From NCBI GenBank assembly GCA_963575745.1, contig CAUYUJ010000030.1, forward strand, positions 62,001-119,412: DNA of 57,412 nt, in the 5' to 3' direction. Positions within the stretch are counted from its first letter, which is position 1. Each line of letters opens with the position of its first letter. Of this stretch, positions 23,801-33,988 are shown piece by piece. The position numbers and the translations under genes are program-made. This DNA comes from Prorocentrum cordatum (lineage: Eukaryota). The notes beneath the pieces are model-generated. The model ran no database searches, was not told the DNA's origin, and saw only the letters and a list, made by a program, of their open reading frames with translations.

Positions 23801-23960
23801 GGCGGTAACAAACGCGGCGACCGACAGGCAGGCCCACACGACGGGCGGCGACGAGGCAGCGACGGCGGCAACATAGCCGTCTGACCGGCAGACAGACCCA
23901 GACGACGGGCGGCGACGATGTGGCGACGGGACGGCGACGGCGGCAACGTAGCCGCCAGAC
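20830..23960 (+). repeat. Family C composite repeat with GCATGCGCGCGCGACGACGCGCGC subunits and a (GAC)n tract
   Basis: Subunit at ~20878, ~21941, ~22224 and ~23489. Segments 21250-21790 and 22200-22495 align with 39372-39912 and 40355-40640. Confidence 0.8.
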
Positions 23961-24679
23961 CGACAGACAGACTCAGCTCTTTAGTCACAAGGAGGAACCC
24001 CTGAGTGTAAACTCTGTCTGGGGAGTATAGATGTGTACACATACATACATACATAAATATATACATATAAATACATCTATATATATGTATAGAAAGGCGG
24101 AGTGGAGTCAGCTCTTCCAACATGGTCGAGCCATGCGCGCCAGAGTTTAGACATCCATACACACACATACATAGATATACAGATGCATAGATATACATTA
24201 AAACATCGCGCGCGCGCTTCGCGCGCGCTCAGGTTCTTGCAGGCACAGTAGTCCTTGACGCATTCACTGCTCCACTCAAGTAGTGGACCACAGTCCACGC
24301 ATGCCAATCCGCATTCCGAAAGGCTTTCGGGGGAAATGGCTGCGTAGAGGGGCGGAGGCCGAATGAATCGGGTTCCCAGAAAGCCTTCTGGGCGAATGGG
24401 TTTGGGGGGCGTCTTGGGGAGCCTGTTGGGGCGTGCCGTCGTCGTCGTAATGTCGTCGTCGCCTCTTGGGGCGCGTGGTCGTCGTCGTCGTCGTCCTCCT
24501 CCTCCTCCTCGTCTTCGTCGTTTCGTCGTCGTCGTCGGTTTAAGAGGGCACTTGGGGCAACTTTGTGCGAAACAATCTGCGGAGGGCAGCGAGAAGGCGA
24601 TCAGTCATGTTCACAATCGACTTCCCAGACAGCTCTCCTGTAGCATGATGGTACTTCGAAGCCTCCGGAGACTCGCGAG

Positions 24680-27250
24680 CCCATGATGAACCATGTACCC
24701 GGAAGGCTTCCCGGGGACATGGTTTGTTGGGGTGTGTTGGGGGGGCTCTTGGGCGTTCCCTGGGGGCCCCTTGGGGGCCTCCGGGAACTCTCGGGCCCAT
24801 GATGAACCATGTCCCCCGGAAGGCTTTCTGGGGACATGATTTCTTGGGGTGTGTTGGGGGGCCTCGTTGGCGTTCCCTGGGAGCCCCTTGGGGGTCTCTT
24901 GGAGCTTCCTGGGGGCCTCTTGGGCACCTCACGGGGCTTCGTGGGAGCCTCTTGGTGGCCTCCAGGGGCCTACTGGCGGCCTCTAGGGCCAAAGACCTCG
25001 AAATATCGGTTGGCGGTCCCCTCTTGGGGAGCTCTTGGGGCACACTTGGGTTGCCTGGGGAACCTCCTGGGCCGTCTTGGGACCCTCTTCGGGGCCTCGT
25101 AAGCCGTCTTGGAGCGATCTGAAGGGCCTCCGAGGCCGTGAGGGAGCGCTGGAAAGCGGGAAAAGCGAGAACGCCAAAATCCCAAACACTTTGAACATGA
25201 GTGAATCTTACCTCCCAGGGCCCTCTTGTGGAGCCTCTTGAGTCCGTCCTGGAGCGTGTTGGAGTCCTCGTCGGCTGTCTTGAGGGCATTTTCGGGGCGG
25301 GCTCGCGCCGCCTCGGGAGCTCTGGACCCCCCCCCCCCCGCAACCCCCGGCGGGCACAGATGGGGGGAACAGGCAGCGGCCCGCCCCCCCTCCCGGGCCT
25401 ACTCCGAGATAGAGAATCATATTCCTGGGAAGCTTTCCGGGAGCATGATTTGTTCGGCTCTCTTAAGAGGGGGCCCTCTAGGGGCTGAACGAGGGGCCCC
25501 ATTTGACCTTCTCGGCAAGCCTACTGGAAACATGGTTGGGGCGGTGGGCGGAAGCCCAAGGAATGCTGTCTGGGAAATACGATTTACCGAGGTGTCTTGG
25601 GGGCCCGCAGGGGGCTTCCCTAGAGGCCCTTTTGGAGGCCTATTGGGGCTTCCAGGCCTCTTGGGAGCCTCACGGGGCTTGGGAGCCTCTTGATGGCCTC
25701 CGGGGGCGTCCTAGGAGCCTCTCAGGCCGGAGACCTTGAAATGTCGCGCTCTTCGGGCCCTCTTGGGTCGCTCCTGGGGCTCTCTTGGGGCGCTCTCGAG
25801 GCCCTCTTGAATTATCTGGGGAGCCTCCTGGGCCGTCTCTGGGCTTTCTTGGGAGCCTCTTCGGCCGTCTTGGAGCGATCTGAAGGGCCTCTGACGCCGT
25901 CGGGGACCGTGGGGGGGCGGAACATGGGAGAGCGCACAAATTCTTCAAAAACCATCGGAAAAATTATTATGTTCGGCTTCTGGGGCCCTTTGGAGGGGCC
26001 TCTGGAGGCTCTCTTGGAGCGTTTTGGCGGCGTCGTCGGCCGTCCTGAGGCCATCTTCGGCGTGTCCGGGCCTCTGTGGCTGTCTTGGCAATCTTTCGGG
26101 CCCTCTTGGCGTGTCGTGGCGTGTTTGGGGTCGGGCCTGGGCAGTCCCGGGACCCCTGGGACCCTCCCAATCCCCCCATGGGGTGGTACGGCACTGGCCC
26201 GCCCACCCCCCGACCTACTCCGATATATTTATAGACGTCTATTGTTATAAACATATACATAAATATGTATATGTATATATATGTGTGTGTGTGCATTTAT
26301 TCATTTATTTATATACACAAGACTGCATTGGCGCTTCGCGCCATGCACCTTGGTCCTCAAAGTTCGGCGTGCAAGCGGGGTGGCAGGAAGGTCAAGCCAG
26401 CAATTTAGCGATAACTCCTAGTTGCTGTTTCCAGCCATCGTCGCTATCATAATGCTTTTCGGCATCCTACCTCCATGCTACTGTTTCTTCATGATAACAT
26501 ACCCTGCGCATTCTCCCCATCCTCCTCAGTTCTTTTTTTGCGGAGGCTCCTCCTTGGAGAGCCTATGGGGGCCTCACAAAAGTTTTCAGGCTTTCTGCAA
26601 GCCTTTTGGAAGCCTCCTGGGCTTGTTCTGGGGTCCTCTGGGGGCTTCCTCGGGCCACCCTGCCTCCAACCGCGGTCTCCCTGAATGACTGGGTCACAAT
26701 TTGGAATGCTTCAGAGCGTGTCTTCGGGCCATCTTGGGCCGCCATGCGGCTCTCTTAGGGCCATCTTGGACCCCTGTTGTGCCGTTTTGGGGCTGTCTCG
26801 GACTGCCTGGAAGCCCTTTCGAATAGTTGTGGGGCGATTATGGAGCCTCCCAGGCGTCTTCCAGAAGACCGCCGCCTTGGAGCGTCGGGAAGCCGAAAAG
26901 AGGATAACTCCAAAATTCACCAAAAACCAATGGAAAATCACATATGTTTGCCTCTTGGGTCCTTCTTGGGAGTGCTCTTGGAGGCCTCTTGGGGCGTTTC
27001 GGAGCGATCGTTGGGGGTCTGACGGCTTCGTGGGCGTCGTCGTGGACCTTATTGAAGCTTTCTGGGGTCGTTTCGGGAGCGCGCCGGAACGCCTGGAACC
27101 CGTCTGGGACCGTCTTCGGGTGCTGGGAAAGCTTGGCGAAACGCCCTGCGAGGCCCAGGGGGCCGCTTCGAGGCCCGTCCGGAGGGTCCCAAGGCCCCAG
27201 ATCCCGGGAGTCCGGTTTTGGGGAGGGGGGTCCCCCCCGCCTGGGCTTAT
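24680..27250. repeat. Cluster of three degenerate CCTCTTGG(G/A)G-rich elements
   Basis: GCCGTCTTGGAGCGATCTGAAGGGCCTC occurs at ~25103 and ~25864. Similar ends (GGCCCGCCC...CCTACTCCGA) occur at ~25378 and ~26196. Confidence 0.7.
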
Positions 27251-27266
27251 AGAAATTTAGGAAGAG

Positions 27267-27268
<2 letters not shown>

Positions 27269-27311
<43 letters not shown>

Positions 27312-27400
27312 TACATATATATATATATATACACAAATACATTTCTATATACACACACATATATATATACATACATATCTCTCTATCTATATATATATAT
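27269..27400. repeat. (TA)n microsatellite flanking the retrotransposon
   Basis: Read directly. It abuts the element end at 27401. Confidence 0.95.
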
Positions 27401-27545
27401 AGCAAGTACGGACGCTTGTAGGCGGCCAAGCAGCGTCAGCTGTATTGATACATCTTTCCAGTGTGCGCGCTCGAGAGGCTTCCACAGGCCGCGAGTTCGG
27501 GGCACGGCGTCGCGCCCCGCTGAGACATCAGCCAGCACAGATCCC
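27401..27545 (-). repeat. Split direct repeat B2 (145 bp)
   Basis: Matches 27683-27827 with 4 mismatches. Confidence 0.95.
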
Positions 27546-27598
27546 ACAACAGGTAATGTACAAAAGTGGACCGAGAGTAAAGGGTCGGGATGGGAGGG

Positions 27599-27683
27599 TC
27601 GGAGCTTGAGCAGTACGGCCGCGAAGAACGCGGTGCGGCCGCCTGCCCGCTCCCCTCCTCGCTTCACGATGTTAAATCTACCA
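27599..27683 (-). repeat. Split direct repeat A2 (85 bp)
   Basis: Matches 33904-33988 with 2 mismatches. Confidence 0.95.
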
Positions 27684-27827
27684 GCAAGTACGGGCGCTTC
27701 TAGGCGGCCAAGCAGCGTCAGCTGTATTGATACATCTTTCCTGTGTGCGCGCTCGAGAGGCTTCCACAGGCCACGAGTTCGGGGCACGGCGTCGCGCCCC
27801 GCTGAGACATCAGCCAGCACAGATCCC
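27683..27827 (-). repeat. Split direct repeat B1 (145 bp)
   Basis: Matches 27401-27545 and directly abuts A2. Confidence 0.95.
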
Positions 27828-27900
27828 GATTCCCAAACGGGCAGACTGGCCGCCAGGCCGGAGCCCCACGGGGCTTCCACTGAAAGAAGAAACTGAAAAC

Positions 27901-28700
27901 CTATGGGCACAGAATCTCTCCGAGGCGTAATCCATGCATTTGCTCAGAGGAATGGGCGAGGACGGCGGCGGCAGCACGAGCGAAAGGCGGGGGGTACGCT
28001 GCAGCCAGGCTGGTCCATTTTCGACCGCCTGGCGCCGTCCCAGACAATTCGATGCGGTGCTCCCCAGTGCGAGAGCAGATCCCATTCTTTCCATTGCACC
28101 TACGAGTGAGGGGTTCAAGGCTAGAAACGTTCCACCCCTGAAGCCTGGGGGCTTTCCGCCATCGGGCCCCGTACTGACAGAGGTGGCACACAACAAAGTC
28201 AGACTCGGGCTGAGCTCCAAGACGGGCTAGTCTGGGCGCCGCCCAAATCAGGGAGGTCTGGGGATTCTCCAGCAGAACAGGCACTCCGAGATCATTGGCC
28301 AACGAGATGATGCGGCACGAAAAGCTGAGGGTCGCATTCCCTACTCGAACTCTAGCGGATTCGCTCTCGTTGAGATCGGGCAATCCCATGGGCGCGGCTA
28401 CATCACGGAGGGGCTTGCGAAGGGCCCGTGTCCATGTTGTACACGGGGTACCCAGAAAAATCCCCAAGATGAGACCGCACTTGGTCCAGCCCGAGACGAG
28501 CCTTTCAAACGTTTTATCTAAATGATCTTCAAAGGGGCCATGCAGGAGGTCCAGGCTGAGGGCTCCAAAACCCTCGGCCCTGAAGGCCTTCGCGACCATC
28601 CCTGTCCCACCAAAAAGTTCCAAGAACACTCCGTGCCTACGCTTGCGAGTGGCTTTCAGTTCTCGAGCGAGCAGCCGCTTCAAGTGACGCTGGACCTGCG
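27901..28700 (-). CDS. C5-cytosine DNA methyltransferase domain (retrotransposon-borne; start uncertain; C-terminal part of ORF 27901-29859)
   Basis: Motif I VFLELFGGTG (starting at 28629), motif II SLD, catalytic motif IV GTPC, motif VI LLENP, motif VIII-like CQYGARWRK, and C-terminal AAAYP. Confidence 0.85.
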
Positions 28701-28709
28701 CCGGCGAAG

Positions 28710-29733
28710 CTATGGCAGCGAGGCTCCGATCAGCGCCTGCGCGGGCGCGGGCAGCTGCTGCCACAGGCGCGGCCGCTGCGTGAGGGCGGGCCCCAGCTCG
28801 ACAATCTCTAGCAGGTTGGCGTGCACGAAGCGGCCTAACACGAAGACCCAGTCGGGAACTTTGGTCATGGCATCCTGCAAGTAGGCCTCCTTGGCATAAC
28901 GCTTCATGCTGCCCGGCGAGGCCCACCGGCCGTGCCTCTGGGTTTGCTCCAGCGTCCTCCGGCCCTCCAGCAGATCCCAGCTTGCCCCGCCGTGTCGCAG
29001 CGCGTAGAGGGTCGGGTTGAGGGCCTGGAGCTGCAGCAAGTCCGCGAACTCCCTGAAGCGGCCGCGCAGTGCAGGCAGCGTGAAATCCCAAAGGCTCTGG
29101 CCGAGGCCCACGGCGGCCTTGAGGCCGGCAAGCAGCGGCCACAATTGCCGGTCGAGATCTATCACTACACTCTCGTTGTACAGCCCGGTCTTGCCTGGGC
29201 GGCCGCCGCTGGTGGGGTGCAGGAGCAGCGCCCAGCAAGCCGCCGAGGCCGCTGCCTGCGCCGCTGGGCGCACAAGAGAGCCCCCTCGCAGCCCCTGCGC
29301 CTCGAACGGCCTTAGCCCAGCCAGCGCTGCCGCCGCGAAGTATGGAAGAGGCACCCGAGTCATCGAGGGCACGCGACGCGCCCAGGCTATCGAGCTCCTT
29401 GTGGCGCGCGGCAGATGGGCCTTCCACGAGCCCTGGAGGCCTGGCAAGAAGTGCGCCAGGGACGCCAGCAACAGGGACCCCTGGCTCGCGGGGGCCCCGC
29501 ACTCGAACTGGTAGTTCAGGAAGCGGGTGGCCACCGGGTCGAGTTGGTCGAAGTCCCTCCAGTCCAGGCGGCTCCAGGGCGCTGAGCTGTCCCATCGGCG
29601 GCCGCTCGGCCATCAGGCGACCCGCCAGGGCGGCGCGGCGGCCGCGGGCCTCCAAAGCAGCTGGCGGGGGCCTCCGCGCGGGCCGGCGCAGGACCAGCGG
29701 CCGCGCAGCCGCTGGGCGCCGCCGCGCCGCCAT
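28710..29733 (-). pseudogene. Tyrosine recombinase (YR), frameshifted near 29571
   Basis: Catalytic signatures LRPFE (R), GKTG (K), YALRHGGAS, GRW and KRY (Y) lie in frame 28710-29570. The basic N-terminus MAARRRP...LSALE (ATG at 29733) is in a different frame. Confidence 0.85.
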
Positions 29734-32233
29734 GCGCGGGAGGCTGCCAAGCGCGGGCGTCGGAGTCCGAAAACCAGGTGCGACGCCCTCGAGAAAGAGC
29801 GTCGGCAGGGTTGCGTTCTGACGGAATCCACCTGCAGTGCAATCTCGTTCCCGTAGCAAGTGACATCATACAAATTTTGAGCAATGGAAGTTGTAGGTAT
29901 GCTGAGGCCGTTCTCCCCTTCGCCACGGCCAGACACAACGGCATATTATCGACCAGCGCCAGAACCCGTTTGCCTCGGCAGGCTGAGGACCTCAAGAGGT
30001 GCTTGTAGGCAACTACCAGGGCGTCGGCCTCCAACCCCAAGATGTTCTGGCCCGCCTGGACCTTCGTAGCGACTACGCCCCTCCAAGACTTAGCATCCAA
30101 GAGACCTGCGGGCACCTCGTCGAACTCCTTGAGCTTACTACCGAGATCCAAGATCAAGGGGCCCTCGCTGTGGAGCTCCATGTCGGGGTCCTCGGGGAGC
30201 TTGTCGGGGTCCAGCGTGCCAGGCGAAGCCGAGTCGAAATCCAACTGACTGTGATCAAGCACGACCTCCCTTCCCGCAGGCTCGCAAGGGCCAGCAGCAA
30301 ATGACGATGCATGGGGTGAGCGGGTCGAAGCAGAGGAGAGAAGAGCTCTATCTCTGGCACGCGCCCCACCCTCCACTCGGTACCGCCACCGCTCGCAGAG
30401 GCGCCCGCAGCGGGCGATGAGGTCGCCTGAGGCCTGCCGACGGCAAACGCCCAGCCCCTCCTCGCTGGCGTCACTGGCGACTAGCCGCGTCGCCCAGGGC
30501 GCGGCGAGGTCCGCCACGAGGAGCGGCAGCAGGCAGCGAGCGCGCCACAGCTCAGTCCGCACGGAAGGCCAGAGCGTCTGCACCTCCGCGCCGGACGCTA
30601 TCATGAAGGCGTAGGTCGCGCTGAGGAGCCCCAGCGCCTCGCGCCTCACCATCGAGGCCCAGGTCAGGTGGCCCACCAGCACGCGCACGAGGTGCCCTGA
30701 AGCGCGACCGCGCCTGAGCAGCTCCTCAATGGCGAGCTTCAGCCTCCAGACAGAGCGCCCCTTGATGGCAAGCCAGCGGCCCTGCCTCAGCTCCATCCCC
30801 AAGAAACTGCAAGTGCCCGAAGCCCGCTCAGGCTCGTGGACTCTCACGCCAGCGCCCTCTTCCTCCGCGGTGATGCGATCAAGAGCGCGATCGGCCTCCG
30901 ACTCGTCACCGCTGACGGCCAGGTAATTGTCCACGTATCCTGCGACGGCGGCCTGGCCCTGCGGCTCCACGACGACGCCGGGGAGGCCGTCCTCGATGAT
31001 GAGGTGGCCCGGCACGCCAGCCCGCGAGACCGCGGTCCGCAGAGCCAGCTGGCAGAGGTGCAGCGCCCAGGAGAAGCCCATCGGCAGCACGACCAAGCAA
31101 GCCTGCACCCTGGTGGCATCGGGGAGTCCTGCGATGCCGCGCGCCTCCAGGTGCCGCCTGTCGATCGGCGGAAGCCTGAAGTAGCGGCACAAGCCCTCGG
31201 GCATCAGCAGCCGGTAGAAGGCGTCGTCGATGTCTCCAGCCGCGACGACCACCTTGCCTCCAGGCGCCTCCAGTTTCGAGAAGGCGGCAGCGCTCGGCAA
31301 CGTGGTGGCTGGGGGGTCTGTGAAGTACGCATTCGCAGTACGAGTATCAAAAATGAGCCTCAGACGGTTGCTCTCCTTTGCCGCGCAGAAGACTCCAATC
31401 GGCTTGATACGTGGGTCCTCCGCCTGGAAGCAAATCATCTTCCGCTTCAACATCTCAGCAAGGAAGTCGGCGAACGTCGCCGGAGAGAAGGCAAGGTGGG
31501 GGTCGACATACGGCCCGCGAGGGCAAACCTGCTGCAGAAGGGCGTCAGCCTCCTCGCGACCACGCAGCATGCTCGAGCTCCATGCCCTAAGCCATTGAGC
31601 GTCCGGGCCAGCCACGACCTTCGTGAGCGGCACGGGGTCGTCGCCAACGTCGGGCCACGAGATCAGGCCCCGCGAGTAGGGTCGGCGAGGCCCCCCCGTG
31701 GCGCACAGCGGGGAGCCAGAGAGGATATCCGAAAGAGCTCCTTCGGGAAAACCCTCGCCCTCGGCCAGCGGCTCGAGGCAGGCGAAGGTGGACTGGATGT
31801 GCTCGAGAGACGCCCGCTGGCCTTCAGAGATACCGAGGGCAGACGGCTGGGCCCCAGGAGCACACACAGCATTCATGACGTCGATGGCGTCGTTGGCCCA
31901 GTCTTGCCAAGGAGCATCATCAGCAAGCTGACGGTGACCGCGGCGGCTGCGCCCAAAACTGGAGCCCCCGCGAGGGCGGGCCAAGGACGGCAAGGGGAAG
32001 GTGTCCCGCTGGCGCCCTCCGAGGTCCGCACGGCGCGAGGGCAGAGGTGGCCCGTCAGCTGGTGCGTCAGGGCGCAATGGGCTGGCTGGCGGGAGCGGGC
32101 GCCCAACTCCGCCCCCCTCTCCGAGGCTACTTGTCGCCCCTGCCAGAGCACTTGTCGCCCTTGGCCCCCTTCTTATTCTTGCGGGCCAAGTCGCGCTCCT
32201 CTCTGGCTTTGCGTTGCTCCTTCCTGTAAGCAT
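29516..32233 (-). CDS. pol: Reverse transcriptase / RNase H (905 aa)
   Basis: RT motifs RLRLIFDTR, GDIDDAFY, LPMGFSWA and YVDN. RNase H motifs SDAS, LEA, VDN and WIPSERNPADALSR. Confidence 0.95.
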   Translation of the reverse strand: MLTGRSNAKPERSATWPARIRRGPRATSALAGATSSLGEGGGVGRPLPPASPLRPDAPADGPPLPSRRADLGGRQRDTFPLPSLARPRGGSSFGRSRRGHRQLADDAPWQDWANDAIDVMNAVCAPGAQPSALGISEGQRASLEHIQSTFACLEPLAEGEGFPEGALSDILSGSPLCATGGPRRPYSRGLISWPDVGDDPVPLTKVVAGPDAQWLRAWSSSMLRGREEADALLQQVCPRGPYVDPHLAFSPATFADFLAEMLKRKMICFQAEDPRIKPIGVFCAAKESNRLRLIFDTRTANAYFTDPPATTLPSAAAFSKLEAPGGKVVVAAGDIDDAFYRLLMPEGLCRYFRLPPIDRRHLEARGIAGLPDATRVQACLVVLPMGFSWALHLCQLALRTAVSRAGVPGHLIIEDGLPGVVVEPQGQAAVAGYVDNYLAVSGDESEADRALDRITAEEEGAGVRVHEPERASGTCSFLGMELRQGRWLAIKGRSVWRLKLAIEELLRRGRASGHLVRVLVGHLTWASMVRREALGLLSATYAFMIASGAEVQTLWPSVRTELWRARCLLPLLVADLAAPWATRLVASDASEEGLGVCRRQASGDLIARCGRLCERWRYRVEGGARARDRALLSSASTRSPHASSFAAGPCEPAGREVVLDHSQLDFDSASPGTLDPDKLPEDPDMELHSEGPLILDLGSKLKEFDEVPAGLLDAKSWRGVVATKVQAGQNILGLEADALVVAYKHLLRSSACRGKRVLALVDNMPLCLAVAKGRTASAYLQLPLLKICMMSLATGTRLHCRWIPSERNPADALSRGRRTWFSDSDARAWQPPAHGGAAAPSGCAAAGPAPARAEAPASCFGGPRPPRRPGGSPDGRAAADGTAQRPGAAWTGGTSTNSTRWPPAS

Positions 32234-33446
32234 TCATCTTCGTGAGCTCGTCCTTGACGTGGTCCTGCAGCGCCGGCGCGACGCGCGCGATCCCGCGCAG
32301 CTGGTCCGTGCCGAGCAGCACGTGCGCGTCGAGGCTGCCCGAGTCTGCTGCCGGGGCGACGCGGTCCCTGTAGCGCTCCTCCTGGGGCTGCACGGCTCTG
32401 GCCAGCATCTCGCCCGAGGCGACATTGGCCACCTCCAGCTGGTCGTAGATCACCATGCGCTCGAGGGCCCTGCACGCCTGCCCATGCTCGTCGACGCCAG
32501 GATCGGGCCCCTGCAAGCGTGACTCCGAGAGCCAGCGCGAGTGGCGGCCCGTAGGCGTGCCGCCGTGAGCCTCCATGAACTTAAGGACCCACAGCGCCGT
32601 CCGCGAACCTCTGACCGGCCAGTCGGGAACGGCCCCCTCAGTCATGTTCATGACCGCGCGGCGGAAGTCCGCGTGCCGCTGCCCCTGCAAGTCGTACGTG
32701 ACGGGCTGGACGCGCGTATCAGCTGGCGCGGCCGCGGCCGCGGCGGCTCCAAGGCCTGCAGCTGCGGCAGCTGGCCCGGCAGCTGCGGGCTCTACCACCA
32801 GCGGCGGCGCGGGGCCCGCCAGCGCTGGGGCGCCTGCCACGGGCGCCGCTGGGCCGCCGGCGAGCGCAGCCGCCGAGCCAGCCACTCCAGCCGCCACGGC
32901 AGGCCCGCCAATCCCTGCCGCGGGTGCTGCGAAGGGGGCAGCAACCAGCATCCCAGCGGGCGGCCCCGCACCGCCGGCAGCGTGCGCCGCAGCCGCCGCG
33001 CCACCGGCGGGCGCGACACCCGCGGCACCAGGCCGAGGGCGAGCTCCGACAGCAGCGCAGCGCAGGTTGGGCACCACCGCGTCCTCAACGCCCAGGGCGA
33101 TCCCCATCCTCGCAGCCCAAGCAGCCAGCGCCTGTGCGACCCGCGCAGGCGCTGGGACGCCCCTGAAGCCGTGCACGTGCATCCCAGCAGCAGCTGGCGG
33201 GTATGCGCCCATGCGTTCGCCCTCGCACGGCAGCCAGCGGCGCACCTCGGCGGCGGCGAAGAGGTCCTCCTCGTAGCTGTCGTCATCTGGTGTGAGGGTG
33301 CACGTCAGGCCCGAGCCGTCAGGCGCGAGCACCATCAGTCGCTCGAGCCACACGTTGGCGTACCCCGCGTACTCCACCAGGATGAAATCCCTTTCCTGCA
33401 GTCCCAGGGCCGCTATCGGATGCCGTGCTGCGGCCGCCGTCGCCAT
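32127..33446 (-). CDS. gag: Gag-like protein (439 aa)
   Basis: Lies upstream of pol and overlaps it by 107 nt. It has an N-terminal domain (WLERL...TPDDDSYEE), an Ala/Pro linker, a C-terminal domain (DWPVRG, YDQL) and a basic tail. Confidence 0.8.
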   Translation of the reverse strand: MATAAAARHPIAALGLQERDFILVEYAGYANVWLERLMVLAPDGSGLTCTLTPDDDSYEEDLFAAAEVRRWLPCEGERMGAYPPAAAGMHVHGFRGVPAPARVAQALAAWAARMGIALGVEDAVVPNLRCAAVGARPRPGAAGVAPAGGAAAAAHAAGGAGPPAGMLVAAPFAAPAAGIGGPAVAAGVAGSAAALAGGPAAPVAGAPALAGPAPPLVVEPAAAGPAAAAAGLGAAAAAAAPADTRVQPVTYDLQGQRHADFRRAVMNMTEGAVPDWPVRGSRTALWVLKFMEAHGGTPTGRHSRWLSESRLQGPDPGVDEHGQACRALERMVIYDQLEVANVASGEMLARAVQPQEERYRDRVAPAADSGSLDAHVLLGTDQLRGIARVAPALQDHVKDELTKMNAYRKEQRKAREERDLARKNKKGAKGDKCSGRGDK

Positions 33447-33447
33447 G

Positions 33448-33864
33448 CTAGCGTGTCAGCTGTGGCTTCGAGGCCCGCAGAGCCGCCACTTGAGCCGCCG
33501 CCAGCTGCGTCGCTGAGAGGGGAGCCTCCAAGGCCGCCGCGAGCGGCCGCCCGGGAGCGCCCGCCGGCGCAGTGGCCCTTGGTGTCGCGGGTGCGCCCCG
33601 CCTGCCAAGGGCCCAGCCCGCGGCGCCCACCGCGGCCAGGCAGGCCAGCCACGCCAGGCTGACTCCCAGCGGCACGGGCCGCTGGACCTCCGACACCGAG
33701 CCGCCTGGGCACGCCAGCCGCGGCTCGCAGGTACAAGAACAAAAAGGGCACGGAGGCGGCGATGGGCACGCCGGGCACTGCGATCCCCAAGCGGCACCCC
33801 AGGCCGCCGCGCCGGCGGCGAATCCCCGCGTCGCCTCGCGGAGGACGAGGCTCGCGGGGTCCAT
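33448..33864 (-). CDS. Small (138-aa) Cys-rich predicted single-pass membrane protein, ORF0 of the retrotransposon
   Basis: The ATG at 33864 is 40 nt inside repeat A1. The protein has CPACPSPPPCPFCSCTC...C, then hydrophobic VPLGVSLAWLACLAAVGAAGWAL, then GRRG. The stop is TAG-C-ATG, 1 nt before the gag start. Confidence 0.6.
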   Translation of the reverse strand: MDPASLVLREATRGFAAGAAAWGAAWGSQCPACPSPPPCPFCSCTCEPRLACPGGSVSEVQRPVPLGVSLAWLACLAAVGAAGWALGRRGAPATPRATAPAGAPGRPLAAALEAPLSATQLAAAQVAALRASKPQLTR

Positions 33865-33903
33865 CCACGGCCCGGCCGCCTCCGCTGGGAAGCCCCTGGG
33901 GCC

Positions 33904-33988
33904 TCGGAGCTTGAGCAGTACGGCCGCGACGATCGCGGTGCGGCCGCCTGCCCGCTCCCCTCCTCGCTTCACGATGTTAAATCTACCA
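33904..33988 (-). repeat. Split direct repeat A1 (5' terminal repeat)
   Basis: Matches 27599-27683 and is followed by TATAC. Confidence 0.95.

Larger units (their letters stand above)
27401..33988 (-). mobile_element. Tyrosine-recombinase retrotransposon (DIRS order; PAT/Ngaro-type split direct repeats) carrying a DNA methyltransferase
   Basis: Gag, RT/RNase H, YR and C5-MTase ORFs are collinear on the minus strand. They are bounded by A1 (33904-33988) and B1-A2-B2 (27683-27827, 27599-27683, 27401-27545). Confidence 0.95.

Noticed and set aside
27901..29859. 652-aa ORF taken as one genuine protein
   Set aside because: The middle part is the alternative frame of the YR gene. Only the basic N-terminus and the C-terminal MTase domain look like real protein.
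30836..33662. Long plus-strand ORFs (469, 373 and 233 aa)
   Set aside because: Antisense shadows of GC-rich pol and gag with no motifs.
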